Shown here one piece after another: positions 27,278 to 40,630 of a stretch of DNA of 64,000 nt. The translations under genes and the position numbers were made by a program. The notes under the pieces are model-generated. The model ran no database searches and had not been told where the DNA came from. It saw only the letters and a list, made by a program, of their open reading frames with translations. Position 1 is the first letter of the stretch, and every line of letters starts with the position of its first letter. This DNA comes from Malacoraja senta (Eukaryota): contig CM075999.1 of assembly GCA_038087875.1 (NCBI GenBank), forward strand, positions 1,490,001 through 1,554,000. Direction: 5' to 3'.

Positions 27278-27443
27278 TTTTTGATGGCATTCAGTGTATT
27301 GTAGAAGCTTTAAGATTTCAGAAATGGGCAAATAACCTTGAGCCTGGTTATTTACTGTAATCTTTGTAGGGTACAGGTGGATCTTTTGTGAATTAGAACT
27401 CAGTAAAGAAAGACGTGCTGATCGAAGGGAAGCAAATGAAAAA
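27278..27443 (-). other. Candidate internal exon of the unidentified minus-strand gene
   Basis: Strong acceptor TTTTTTTCCCCCCCTTTGTCTGCCAG and donor AAA|GTAAGG, 166 nt of unique sequence. One open frame (FSFASLRS...YTECHQK) that I do not recognise. Confidence 0.45.
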
Positions 27444-27784
27444 CTGGCAGACAAAGGGGGGGAAAAAAAGCATAATTGATTCAAAACTAGGCCATTGCTT
27501 CAAAGGGATTTTTATTTATGTCTCAAAGGGGAGGGTTGTTACCTGGTGTATTAATCAAGAGCTTCCATACTGAACAGTGCCAGAGTACAAATATAGAAGC
27601 ACTGTTTGATCCCTGCCTCTTTACAGCCACCTACAAATTCACACTCAGAAATAACACTGGAAACCTGCTCATTTTCCAAACATCACTGATAGCATTCAAC
27701 TATGTAGTGCTCGGAAGATAGGCATAAAATGCTGGAGTAACTCAGCAGAACAGGCAACATCTCTGGAGAGAAGCCATGGATGAC

Positions 27785-28078
27785 AATAGACTATAGACAA
27801 TAGGTGCAGGAGTAGGCCATTCGGCCCTTCGAGCCAGCACCGCCATTCACTGTGATCATGGCTGATCATCCACAATCAGTACCCCGTTCCTGCCTTCTCC
27901 CCATATCTTTTGACTCCGCTATCATTAAGAGCTCTATCTAACTCTCTCTTGAAAGCATCCAGAGAATTGGCCTCCACTGCCTTCTGAGGCAGAGAATTCC
28001 ACAGATTCACAACTCTCTGGGTGAAAACGTTTTTCCTCGTCTCTGTTCTAAATGGCCTACCCCTTATTCTTAAACTGT
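27785..28078 (-). mobile_element. CR1/HER1-like 3' end inserted into an inverted Penelope-like repeat pair (27716-28235)
   Basis: Reverse complement of the CR1 3' end. The Penelope repeat stops at ...GGATGACA and resumes at GTGACATTTCGGGTCGAG. Confidence 0.8.
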
Positions 28079-31000
28079 GACATTTCGGGTCGAGACCCTT
28101 CTTCAGATTAAAGAAGTGTCTCGACCCGAAACATCATGCGTTCCTTCTCTCCAGAGATGCTGCCTGTCCAGCTGAATTACTCCAACATTTTGCGTCTATA
28201 GGGTGTAAACCAACATCTGCAGTTCCTTCCTACACATACTATGTAGTGCTCCGTCTTCTCACAGCCACCTAGAAACAATCCTAAAGCTAAATAGATGCTG
28301 CGACATCGCAAACCGAACACCACCAGCAGAATGATAAACAGAAGCTATTTATAATAATTTCTACCATTTGGTTTAATTTTCAAAAAGCAAATAATCTTTC
28401 ATTCCAAATTGGATGATTCTTCAAACAGACATTGAGTGTAGTTCAAAATGTTTATCTACTATTTGCCCTCAGGAGTCACTTGCAGCACTGTCGAGGAAAT
28501 GAGCTAGTTATATAAGACTCTGGTGCAATCCTGGATGGTTGGCAAAAGGTAGTGATGGTGTTAAGACAAGGTTAGATAGAACAGACAATATATAATGCAC
28601 ATGAAGTCAAAAGGAATCAGTCACAGTGGCCTCTTCTTGATTCATCGGTGATTTTTAGTGTATTGATGGGCTCCAACGTTTTAGAAAACTCTCTACGAGA
28701 GCAAGGAATTCTGGACAAAATGTTAAATCCCTGATACAAAACCAAACCAGAGATTTACTTTTTCATTGGATCTTAAGCACTAGGTGTTTAATTTTCATGG
28801 GGAAATAAAACAAAGTTTCAAATGGACTGCTATAATCTATCAAGTGAACAATCAGCACAACAGAATGAATGGCCTCCTGTGCTCTATATTCCATTTTTCC
28901 AAGGACGAATAAAAACCTTTGGAATTCTGAACCCTAAACGACTGTGTATGCTCTATTGTGCAGTAATAGTAGAGGACAAAATAAGCAATTTGTGCACCGG
29001 AGCATCATGGATTATAGAGATATAGCCATGTGTGAACCTGTTCACAAGGTATGGACAGCCCATTTAACCAGGACAGTTATGAATTCTGCACTTCATCTGT
29101 AACTTTCCTGCTGGACACACTGTGAATGGATAAAACCACAAATGAAGATGGTACAAGCAAATGTGGCTGCCCATATATTGGACCAAAGGACAAAAGAAAA
29201 ATCATATATACATGATATGGGTAAGAAGGAACTGCAGATGCTGGTTTACACCAAAGATAGACCCATAATGCTGGAGTAACTCAGCAGGACAGGTAGCATC
29301 TCTGGATAGAAGGAATGGGTGACGTCTCGTGTCGAGACCCTTCTTCAGACTGGTATGGACTACATAGTATGGAATGATTTTACAACCGACTGCTGGAAAC
29401 ATTGACAGATACATGCATTCCTTTCATTCAAAAGCAATTTCACAATCATAATATTGTTTACTAATGTCTCATTTGAACCCAATCTCATTTCTACATTATA
29501 TAGCCCTTTGAATTATATTCTAATAAAGAACCCCATAACAATACACATTCTTTCACCACTAAATTAATCTACTCTGGACGTAGAAGATAAATGCCGCTCT
29601 TGCCTCTGATGTTTGATAGTCAGAGAAGTCTGATGTCAAAACGTTCACTCCCAATGATCTATTAGACTTTAGAGTAGAGACTTCAGAGAGATACAGCGCG
29701 GAAACAGGCCCAACAGAGTCCACGCGGACCAGCGATCACCCCGTATTTTAACCTACTAGATACTCTACAGACAATTTTACAACTTACCAAAGCCAATTAG
29801 CCTACAAGCCTGCACTTCTTTGGAGGCAATCAGAGCATCCGGAGAAAACTTTGCATATTCACAAAAAGAACAGAGCAATTTAACAAAAGTTTAATCCCAC
29901 ATTTGGTCATTTTGGATATGAATTTCTTCATGTACCACATCTGGACATTGATGAAAATGAATGAGAGCGCCCATCTGATCTTTCTTGTTCACTTTCCCAC
30001 AAATGAGACTGACCTCTTGTACACTATCCGCATACAACAAACTTTTTCCTTTAAATAGCAGGGAGCAGAGTGAAGGAAACTTCCTGTTTTGACAAGAGAC
30101 CATCACCGAACACGCAGCATCTACTAAAAGTTGCTCACTTTGGTTATAGAGCCCTTCAAGTTCATTCCCAGCCTCAAGCAAATTGTGCACAATCCTGCTG
30201 AACATTCAAGAAACCTTTAAGTTCCCACAGCAGCAAACATATCTGTCTGCCCATTCCAACATCTATTATCGTACATTTTATACATCTTTATTTTAAAATA
30301 TTATGGAAAACCTCAGGGGCACCAGGGAGATTAAAAAAGATGAGAGTTTATTCACTTATCCAATGAAAGCAGTGGTGGCCAATTTATTGGATGTTTTCAA
30401 GAGAGTTAGATATAGCTCTTAGGGCTAACGGAATCAAGGGATATGGGGAGAAAGCAGGAACGGGGTACTGATTTTGGATGATCAGACATGATCATATTGA
30501 ATGCCGGTGATGGCTCGAAGGGCCAAATTCAGTAAAAAGTAAACCAGTTTTCAAGTTTCAAAGTATTTTGGACTTGCTACTTGGGTACTTCTTGGCCAAT
30601 TTTTCTTCTTCAACCAGAGATGTTATAATTAGAGGAAACAATGTTGAGATAACATAAGCAGGTCCCATTAAATTATCAATACATTAGTACTTTTGCACAT
30701 AATGCATTCAGAACAAATGCGTGTAAAACAAAATACAAGAATGCTAGCTGCAGATTTTGCAAGCACTGGCAGAATTTGTCCACAATTATTTTACCATGCA
30801 CATGTGTACAAACTTTATGTTGTATAACACACATCATAGTATCAAGGGCAAAACTTAGCAGGAAAACAAAATTGCTAATTCCTAGTTCAAGGATACAGAG
30901 ACAAGCCATAACGTCCCATACAAAAAGAATTGAGCAAAGATATGGATTATTTTCCATTCTTGTCAACGTGAGGAATGTTTGTGGTTGGGAATAGAACAGC

Positions 31001-32526
31001 TTTCTGCCCTGGGCCCTTTTCAACATCAAACACTTGACGACTTGTTAGTATCCTCTATTTTTCTTTTGGAAACCCTATCATACATCTATTATTGTGCCAC
31101 TGTAACTTTTTTCCATTTTCCCGACCTCTCCTTTGTCTAGTCTTTGCAATGGCTGACATAATTGTCAAGTTCCCAAAGTGACACAAAGCCAATAAAGCAG
31201 GCTTGATGTCCAGCAGCATTACAAGAGACACAAGTCAATTTGCACATAGCAAGTCCCACAAACAGCAATTAGATAAAAGTAAAATAATCATCAGACAATT
31301 TGTTTTACAGTCCTCTGGTTTCAACAAGTTACTAGCAAAACCAATAGTTTACCATGATCTGTTTTTGTCACAATCAAAGTGATAATTGGACTATAATTTC
31401 CCGTATACATTTATCTCCAGGGCCGTCATAAACATCATTCATACCACAAACCTGGGCAACATTTGAAGTTATATATTATGTATTCATCTTTCTTATTCAC
31501 ACAATCTTCACATTTGACATTCTATTAAAGTGAAATCAAGTTCCCGCAAAGTTAAATTATGGTTTCCCATGTGGGTGAAGTGTGCATAGGGAATATGGAA
31601 CTGCAAGTGAATGATAAATGGAAATTTGGCAGCTTGTCATCTAATATTCATAACATTCAGCATTACCTTTTTAAAAAAAAACTAATCCAAGGTAAAGAGA
31701 CACAAAAACTTAGAACATCATCATCACTCTACAATCTGCATCCATCACATTCCATCCTGACTTTAACATTTGTTTACCCTGCATTATCACTGGGTCAATG
31801 TCCAAGATTTCCAAACACATTACCTTCATGACGCACCACTGGAAAAGACAAACGTTCACTAAACAGTCCACAATTTTCTCCACAAGTTAACTCAGGATGG
31901 ACACTGAAAATCCAGATTTGCCCGTGTCATTAATTTGAAAACTTAAATAGGAATAAGCAAAATGCCCTCAGAGCCTGTTTTCTAAAAAATTAGGCAACTC
32001 TGTAAATCTTTTTACAATAGAAACCCATCTTTCTTATTTGATTAATTTAAAGTGCCAGTTTTATATTAGAGAGAAAATAGAATTAATCTGTTTGTAAGCG
32101 CATCAATATCACGTTCGTATAAGAAATCTATGATCTCATGCAGATAATTTGAAATGTTAAAACACACAATTCAGCAATACCTACCAGTAAGAATTAGAAA
32201 AAGAGCCCAGGGGAAAATATGAAAGATGCCAACAATATCAAGCCATTCAAAAAACACATATTGGTTGCATAGCATTTGTGAAGGAACGGTTTAAACCTCC
32301 AAGGAATTGGACCTCACTGGATTTGCATTAGCACTCAAACAAAGAGATAGAAACCCTGAGACGTGTAATATACATGACAGCATGAACATGTTGAGGAATT
32401 ACTAAAATGCCAATCTCACGATTTAAAGTCCATCCAATTAATGTGACATTTCACTTTTGTAGTTAATGGTACCTTGTTTAACATCCTAGAGGTGTCTATA
32501 ATTTTCTAAATAAATCTGTAAGTGTA

Positions 32527-33843
32527 CAGTGCCCTCCATAATGTTTGGGACAAAGACCCATCATTTATTTATTTGCCTCTGTACTCCACAATTTGAGATC
32601 TGTATTAGAAAAAAAATCACATGTGGTTAAAGTGCAGAGTCAGATTTTAGTAAAGGCCATTTTTATACAATTTGGTTTCACCATGTAGAAATTACAGCTG
32701 TGTTTATATATAGTACCCCCCATTTCAGGGCACCATAATGTTTGGGACACATGGCTTCACAGGTGTTTGTAATTGCTCAGGTGTGTTTAATTGCCTCCTT
32801 AATGTAGGTATAAGAGAGCTCTCAGCACCTAGTCTTTCCATCACCTTTGGAAACTTTCATTGCTGTTTATCAACATGAGGACCAAAGTTGTGCCAATGAA
32901 AGTCAGAGAAGCCATTATGAGACTGAGAAACAAGAATAAAACTGTTAGAAACATCAGCCAAACCATAGCCCTACCAAAATCAACTGCTTGGAACATCATT
33001 AAGAAGAAAGAGAGCACTGGTGAGCTTACTGATCGCAAAGGGACTGGCAGGCCAAGGAAGATCTCCACAGCTGATGACAGAAGAATTCTCTCTATAATAA
33101 AGAAAAATCCCCAAACACCTGTCCGACAGATCAAAAACTCTTCAGGAGTGGATTTATTAATGACCACTGTCCGCAGAAGACTTCATGAGCAGAAATACAG
33201 AGGCTACACTGCAAGATACAAACCATTGGTTAGCTGCAAAAATAGGATGGCCAGGTTACAGTTGGTCAAGAAGTACTTAAAAGAGCAACCACAGTTCTGG
33301 AAAAAGGTCTTGTGGACAGATGAGACAAAGATGAACTTGTATCAGAGTGATGGCAAGAGCAAAATATGAAGGAGAGAAGGAACTGCCCAAGATTCAAAGC
33401 ATCTGTGAAACACGGTGGTGGGGAGTTATGGCCTGGGCATGTATGGCTGCTGAAGGTACCGACTTACTTATCTTCATTGATGATACAACTGCTGCTGGTA
33501 GTAGCATAATGAATTCTGAGGTGTATAGACACATCCTATTTGCTCAAGTTCAAACAGATGGCTCAACACTCATTAGCCGGCAGTTCATTCTACAGCACGA
33601 CAATGATCCCAAACATACTGCTAAAGCAACAAAGGAGTTTTTCAAAGCTAAGAAAATGGTCAATTCTTGAGTGGCCAAATCAATCACCCGATCTGAACCC
33701 AATTGAGCATGCCTTTTATATGCTGAAGAGAAAACTGAAGGGAACTAGCCCCCAAAACAAGCATAAGCTAAAGATGGCTGCAATACAGGCCTGGCAGAGC
33801 ATCACCAGAGAAGACACCCAGCAACTGGTGATGTCCATCAATC
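32527..33843 (+). mobile_element. Tc1-family (IR/DR type) transposon, copy 1, 3'-truncated
   Basis: TA|CAGTGCCCTCCATAATGTTTGGGACA terminus with an internal repeat CCATAATGTTTGGGACA at ~32733. Disrupted transposase. Confidence 0.9.
32875..33843 (+). pseudogene. Tc1 DD34E transposase pseudogene
   Basis: HTH region MRTKVVPMKVREAI...GRPRK and catalytic motifs WTDE, QHDNDPKH and SPDLNPIEH, split over three ORFs by a stop and frameshifts. Confidence 0.9.
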
Positions 33844-34640
33844 TCAAAGGATAAAGGACAAAGGACATTTATTGTCACATACACCAAATGGTGTCGTGGA
33901 ATTTGTCTTGCCATGCAGCACAAATTAGACACATTAAAGAAATTTAACATAAAACATAAAAAACATCCCCTCACAATGGTTCCCACTGTGGGGGAAGGCA
34001 CAAAGTCTAGTCCCCTTCCCATGTCCACCCGTAGTCGGGCCTCTTGAGGCCTCCACAGTCGCCTTCATGAAGGCCCGATGTTCCAGGCCATTCTCGCCGG
34101 GTGATGGTGCTCCGGTGTCGGGAGAACCCTCTCAGCGGCTTGGGACACCTGGAACGGCCGCCTCCTTACTCGAGACCGCGGCTTCCGAAGCCAACAGGCC
34201 GCGCTGGATGGAGCTCCACCACTGGCGATCTCGGCGAGAGATCCCAGGCTCCCGTTGTTAAAGTTCAGCGCCGCCGCCCGCAGACCCGCGAGTTTCCTGA
34301 GGGTGGACCTGCGGGCTCAGCTCACCGGAGCTCCAGCGTGGCGACCCGGGCAAGGCATCGCCCGCTCCGCGATAGCGCTCCAGCGCTGCGCCGCCGAAGC
34401 CGAGGTCCTGGGCGGTCCCCTCAGGAAACGCTGCTCCAGGCCCGCTGGTAGGCCGCGAGGACGGGTCGAAGGTGCAGCCCGGAGAAAAGCTGCCTCTCCG
34501 ACCAGGTAGGGACACTAGAAAGTAGTTTCCCCCTTCCCCCCCCCCCCACATAAAAAAGAATAGAACAAAAATACAAAACAACTAACTAACTAAAAATTAA
34601 AAAAATATGAAAACGGACAGCTGCAGGCTGGGCAGCCATA
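33844..34640 (-). mobile_element. Unclassified GC/CpG-rich retroposon-like element truncating Tc1 copy 1
   Basis: Minus strand ends GTGACAATAAATGTCCTTTGTCCTTTATCCTTTG (polyA signal plus short tandem tail). CpG-rich core at 34030-34510. Confidence 0.5.
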
Positions 34641-34894
34641 CCCAGGGGGGGGGCCTTATTTTACCGTCTTCTGAGGCAGGTAGAAATCAGGGCAGACATA
34701 TCACATTTTCTAATGTGATTTACAATTTAATATTGTTTTTTGGGGATTTGCATTAAATCAACTGAAAAAGGTCTGGATTAAAGAGGCTGGAGACAAACTG
34801 CTGTAGATGCTGCTTTCCCAAAAAAGACAAAGTGCTGGAATAATTCAGCAGATCAGGCAGCATCTCTGGAAGATATGGAAAGTTTAGTTTAGTA

Positions 34895-35125
34895 GTCAGA
34901 GGGTGGTGAATCTGTGTAATTCAATGCCACAGGTGGCTGTCGTGGCCAAGTCAATAGATATTTTTAAGGCAGAGATTGAGAGATTCTTGATTAGTACAGG
35001 AGTCAGGAATTATGGAGTGAATGCATGAGAATGGGGTTGAGAGGGAAAGATAGATCAGCCATGAGTAGAATGGCGGAGTAGACTTGATGGGCCAACTGGC
35101 CTAATTCTGCTCCCAGAACTTACGA
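34895..35125 (+). mobile_element. CR1/HER1-like 3' end
   Basis: AGTCAGAGGGTGGTGAATCTG...GATCAGCCATG...GGCCTAATTCTGCTCC, matching 11780-12000. Confidence 0.8.
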
Positions 35126-35429
35126 ACTGACACCCCTGAGTCACTCCAGCACTTTGCAGCTTTAGTTCCAATTAATTTACATAATCTTCAAATTTCATCA
35201 ACGGATCATTATAATTTAATTTAGGAGTTATCCAGCAATGAAGTATCAGTGTAAAAAAATAGCACTTTCCCAACTATCAACCCCACAAAAGATAACTGTG
35301 TCCACATGGCTTTGAGCACAGTGCTTCACAGACAGATAATGAGCGTAGGTTGGACTATTCATGTCTTTAAAAACAGACAATTTGATGTAAAACAACCTTA
35401 CGCACTCTAACAAAAAGTACCCCCCCCCC

Positions 35430-36330
35430 CAAAATTTACTTAACACACAAAAAAAAGATACAAAAAAAACTACAAAAACTCTTCAGACATTCTCAGTGTC
35501 TATGCATTCAATAGTGTCATACTCAGTAATGTTCGCACCTCTCTTTCAACAAAACTCTCTTGTGGGTGCCTGGAGTGATATCCCTTCCCTTGTTTGAAGG
35601 TGTCCCCACTAGACTCTAGCCCTCAATGTACCCATACTGTGGTCCTCCCAGAGAATTGACGTTTGCTCCACCAAGCTTCAACGAGTCCCTCAGCATGTAC
35701 TCCCACAGTCTGGAATGGGCCAGTCAGCAACATTCCCTGACGGACACCTCATTGTGCTGGGAGTCCAAACGTTTCGGGCTGCAGAAAGTGGTCTTTCTGC
35801 AGTTGATGATCTTCCAGCAAACACTTGAAACAGTCCCTTGGAACAGCTCATGAATCAGAGTCCTTTGTTATGGAACTGTTCAGGATGAACAGTGACAAGG
35901 ACCCTTGCATCATTCTCCAGACACTCGTTACAAATCCACACCCTACGAAGAGGAGAGCAACCATCTCCTCTCCGCAGCAGCCATGCTGAAGACATTGGTA
36001 GTACGATTCCGACAGTAAAGGAAGGATCTGATTGGGAGGGCCCCCTCTCACTGCCAGCCGTGAGGTATGGTGCTTGCTGGCAAGTTCTGGCGATGAGGCA
36101 TTAAGTCAGACAAACTGGACAGTCTGCTCAAGGAACTGTGCCACAGGATCCATCGAGATCTTGACCTGCAGGATATTCTGTGCTGACCACTGCCCTATGG
36201 ATTTTTGGTCAAAGGTGTTGACCAAAAAGAACTTTTCCACAAAGGACAGGTGGTGCGGTAATGTCCAGCTGACTGTCACATTGTACAGTAACAGTGCTGG
36301 ACCCATATATAGTAATATGTTAGTTAAAGG
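35430..36330 (-). mobile_element. L1/Tx1-like LINE 3' fragment
   Basis: Minus-strand ORFs include CLQHGCCGEEMVALLFVGCGFVTSVWRMMQ (zinc-knuckle-like C-terminus) and LPHHLSFVEKFF. Degenerate. Confidence 0.6.
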
Positions 36331-39106
36331 TTATGTGGCTCCAAATATTACAACAAAAGCACTCACGGCTCCCACAACCCATTAGTTTCCATCTGTCATT
36401 TCAGCCATGGAGAAAGGGAAGGACGATTTGGTCAACTTGTTCTAATCGAAGGTGTTGCTGAGAGCCATTGGTCATAACTGTAGGTCAATCCAACCACAAC
36501 TGAAGTGGAAGTAGTTGATGGAACACCATAAATGTGGAAGTATAGACTGTGTGCAACGGTATTCAGCTTTGGATAAGTGTGTCCATCAGTTTAAAAACCC
36601 TCACAATTAGTGCAGCAAAAGTTTTTCAGAAGCAAGGATGTGACCAAATTAAAACAACAGTTCAACTATGAATCTCCAGTGTTTAGTGTGGAAGCTAGTC
36701 ATGTAGACTTGCATTCCTCAGGTATGCAAGGAGTCCGCCAGTAAAGGGGGCGAGAGGGTTCACACTTAGGTGCAGGGAACCAGAGAGAGTGAATCAACAC
36801 CTCGTCTTTATCCGACGATTCCTGCAGAAAAATTACACAATGCAGCCAAGAACAGGATTAGACTCCTACTACCTCTTTATCATGGTACAGGGTAGCTGAA
36901 GCATAGAATTTTATAGCACGGGAGGCAATCTCATAGCTCTGAAAGATCTACCGATTTAGTCCAACTCTGACACTCTTTCTCCAGAGCCAAACAAATTTAT
37001 TGCTTTTGCATTCACCTTGTTCCATACAAAACATTCTAATTGAATCTTCTTCTCTCGGTTGTGCACGAGAGATCATTACTATGCAAGAATACATTTCTTA
37101 CAGTTTCAATTTTACTCTGGACCGTTGGCTAGTTACCTTATCACTTGTCTTTTGACTATTTCCTGCTTCACTATACTGATCAAAACCCCTCTAAACATTT
37201 ATTAAAAAGTTTTAATACTCTTTTAAAAATCTCGATTGAATCCTGCTTACTCAAAGGAAACCGATTATAGAATTGCTACTTTCTCAAAGTTACCCAGACT
37301 CCCCATCCTTGTAAATCACGATCCCTTACCAGCTTGAATCAGCTTCATGTTAATGAACAAACAAGATGCTGTCAGGCTACTCAAATGTGGGAACCACAGG
37401 TTCCAAGAAGCCACGGCAACAGATCTCTCCAAGATTTTTAAAAAACAAATCATTTTTTCCTAATATCACTCAAAGATGTTACCTCCTATGAGACACTCTA
37501 AAACTCAAGGGTGGACCAATTTCAGGTGAAGGGCATGTTGCAATGAAGTCCTGTTTGCTTTGTGATTAATCTGGGAACTATAAACATCACAGCGAGATGG
37601 AGGGCAGAGCTTTTCACTTGCCAAGTTCACATCTGAAACTTCTTGACCCAGAAAACATTTTCACAGCTCTATACTACTAATGGAAAGAGCTCACACACGA
37701 GACCAAACTGCTTGGCCTTCTTTCATCTTCCACACAAAAACCTTGGAAGTCACAATATCTCCAGCACACACTTGTCAAGCCAGCCCCTACAATCATTGAG
37801 CATACAAGAATACTCTTCTCAGCACAGCTTTATCCTTTTCAATGAACATTTAAGAACGCTTTCTGAATATACAATTTAAAATGGCTATATAATTCAAAAG
37901 CGGATATAATTATTATTTTTAAAAGTCATTTGGCCATATATATGGATAGAGTTTAGATGGTTATATGCCAAATGCGGGCAAATGAGACTAGTCCAATATG
38001 CTAACTTGGTCGGTATAGACAAGATGGGCTGAATAGCCTATTTCTATGCTGCATAAGGTCTATGACTGTGTGCAGTATCATAGCTGAGCCAGATCCGAAC
38101 TCTTCTTTTGAAAATTGTTCACAAATGTATGTGTAGGAAGGAACTGCAGATGCTGGTTTAAACCAAAGATAGACACAAGAAGCTGGAGTAACTCAGCAGG
38201 TCAGGCAGCATCTCTGGAGAAAAAGAATAGGTGACGTTTCGGGTTGAGAGTCTCGACCCGTAAGGTCACAAATGTATGGTCAGATACGTGATTCTACTTA
38301 TTGAAGGCAGCAGTATCAGCCTTAGTGCTAACGTAATATAAAGGAAACTGACATTACAGAGACTTGGGAAAGTGTACATGGGACCATGCAATAGTGTGAT
38401 AGTACACAAGGGATAACCTGTGCATACCGGAACACTATAGGTAGCGCATGATGGCAGAAAGTAGGACAGATCCAAAACGCTACAATTTTAAAAGTGAAAA
38501 GAGCTTTCAATTTTCACCAGCTGCCTCAGCAATTATCACATCCTAAGGTGACGAGTGTAATTAGATCAGCTGCTCCCAAAAAGTGGTCATCAACATAAAG
38601 CAGACGATAAACTGGATCTCTGCAGAATAGCAGCCTGCGAGCTCTACTCACCACATCCTTACCACCCAAATCCAAGCCCATTCAAAGTTAGACACAAAAA
38701 GCTGAAGTGACTCAGTGGGACAGGGTGCATCTTTGGAGAGAAGAGTTGAGTTGAGTTTGGGTTGAGACCCTTCTTCAGACGTTTTTTGTCTATCTTCAGT
38801 GTGTGAAGCAGTTCCTTCCTATCCATTCAAAGTTCTGCTGCCCAAATTCTAACTGACACCTATTTTGTTCACCAGTCACTTCTTTCTACTCATCGATCCA
38901 TACGGGCTAAGAGTCCAGCGATTCTCAATTTTCTTCGTCTTGTTCTTTTCAGCATCTTCAGAACTCCAACTCATTGTCACTTTCACCTGTGCCATAAAAA
39001 TGTCCTAATAAATCCTTGTGTGTCTCGGTGTCAAATATTGTGTGACTGTGCTTATGAGAAAAGCACTCCAGTGCTTTCCTGCTCTAAAAGCACCAGTGCA
39101 TATATA

Positions 39107-40630
39107 CGGTGCCCTCCATAATGTTTGGGACAAAGACCCTTCATTTATTTATTTGCCCCTGTACTCCACAATTTGAGATTTGTGGTTTAAGTGCACATTG
39201 TCAGATTTGATTAAAGGATATTTTTATAGATTTTGGTTTCACCACGTAGAAATTACATCTGTGTTTATACATAGTCCCCCATTTCAGGGCACCATAATGT
39301 TTGGGACACATGGCTTCACAGGTGTTTGTAATTGCTCAGGGGTGCTTCAATGCCTCCTTAATGCAGGTATAAGAGAGCTCTCAGCACCTAGTCTTTCCAT
39401 CACCGTTGGAAACTTTTATTGCTGTTTATCAACATAAAACTGTTAGAGACATCAGCCAAACCTTAGCCTTACCAAAATCAACTGTTTGGAACATCATTAA
39501 GAAGAAAGAGAGCACTGGTGAGCTTATTAATCGCAAAGGGACTGGCAGGTCAAGGAAGACCTCCACAGCTGATGACAGAAGAATTCCCTCTATAATAAAG
39601 AAAAATCCCCAAACACCTGTCCGACAGATCAGAAATACTCTTCAGGAGTCAGGTGTGGACTTGTCAATGGCCACTGTCCGCAGAAGACTTCATGAACAGA
39701 AATACAGAGGCTACACCGCAAGATACAAACCACTGGTTAGCTGCAAAAATAGGATGGCCAGGTTACAGTTTGCCAAGAAGTACTTAAAGATAAACCACAG
39801 TTCTGGAAAAAGGTCTTGTGGACAGATGAGACGAAGATTAACTTATATCAGAGTGATGGCAAGAGCAAAGTATGGAGGAGAGAAGGAACTGCCCAAGATC
39901 CAAAGCATACCACCTCATCTGTGAAACACAGTGGTGGTGTTATGGCCTGGGCATTTATGGCTGCTGAAGTTACTGGCTCACCTATCTTCATTGATGATAC
40001 AACTGCTGATGGTAGTAGCATAATGAATTCTGAAGTGTATAGACACACAAATGCCTCAAAACACATTGGCAGGCGGTTCATTCTACAGCAAGACAATGAT
40101 CCCAAACATACTGCTAAAGCAACAAAGGAGTTTTTCAAAGCTAAAAAATGGTAATTTCTTGAGTGGCCAAATCTGAACCCAATTGAGCTTGCATTTTATA
40201 TGCTGAAGAGAAAACTGAAGGGGACTAGCCCCCAAAACAAGCATAAGCTAAAGATGGCTGCAATACAGGCCTGACAGAGCATCACCAGAGAAGACACCCA
40301 GCAACTGGTGATCTCCATGAATCACAGACTTCAAGCTGTCATTGCATGCAAAGGACATGCAACAAAATACGAAACATGACTACTTTCATTTACAATACAT
40401 TGCTGTGTCCCAAACATTATGGTGCCGTGAAATTGGGGGGGATTATGTATAAACACTGCTGTAATTTCTGCATGATAAAAGCAAAATGTATAAATATAGC
40501 CTTTATACATTTGACATGTGATTAGTGACAATGTGCACTAACCACATGCGATTTTTTTCTATTACAAATCTCAAATTGTGGAGTAGAGTCAAATAAATAA
40601 ATGATGGGTCTTTGTCCCAAACATGATGGT
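39107..40630 (+). mobile_element. Tc1-family (IR/DR type) transposon, copy 2, near full length
   Basis: TA|CGGTGCCCTCCATAATGTTTGGGACA left end. Right IR at ~40405-40630 has two TGTCCCAAACAT repeats; its outermost bases are lost. Confidence 0.9.
39430..40375 (+). pseudogene. Tc1 DD34E transposase pseudogene
   Basis: WTDE, QQDNDPKH and LNPIE motifs. About 60 bp after the start is deleted relative to copy 1, plus frameshifts and stops. Confidence 0.9.

Noticed and set aside
29891..30205. 104-aa minus-strand ORF
   Set aside because: No splice context or known motif. The + strand faintly resembles a decayed Tx1-like LINE end.
36690..36821. Minus-strand acceptor TTTTTCTGCAG followed by ESSDKDEVLIHSLWFPAPK...
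   Set aside because: No convincing donor and the peptide is unrecognised. Possible exon but unsupported.
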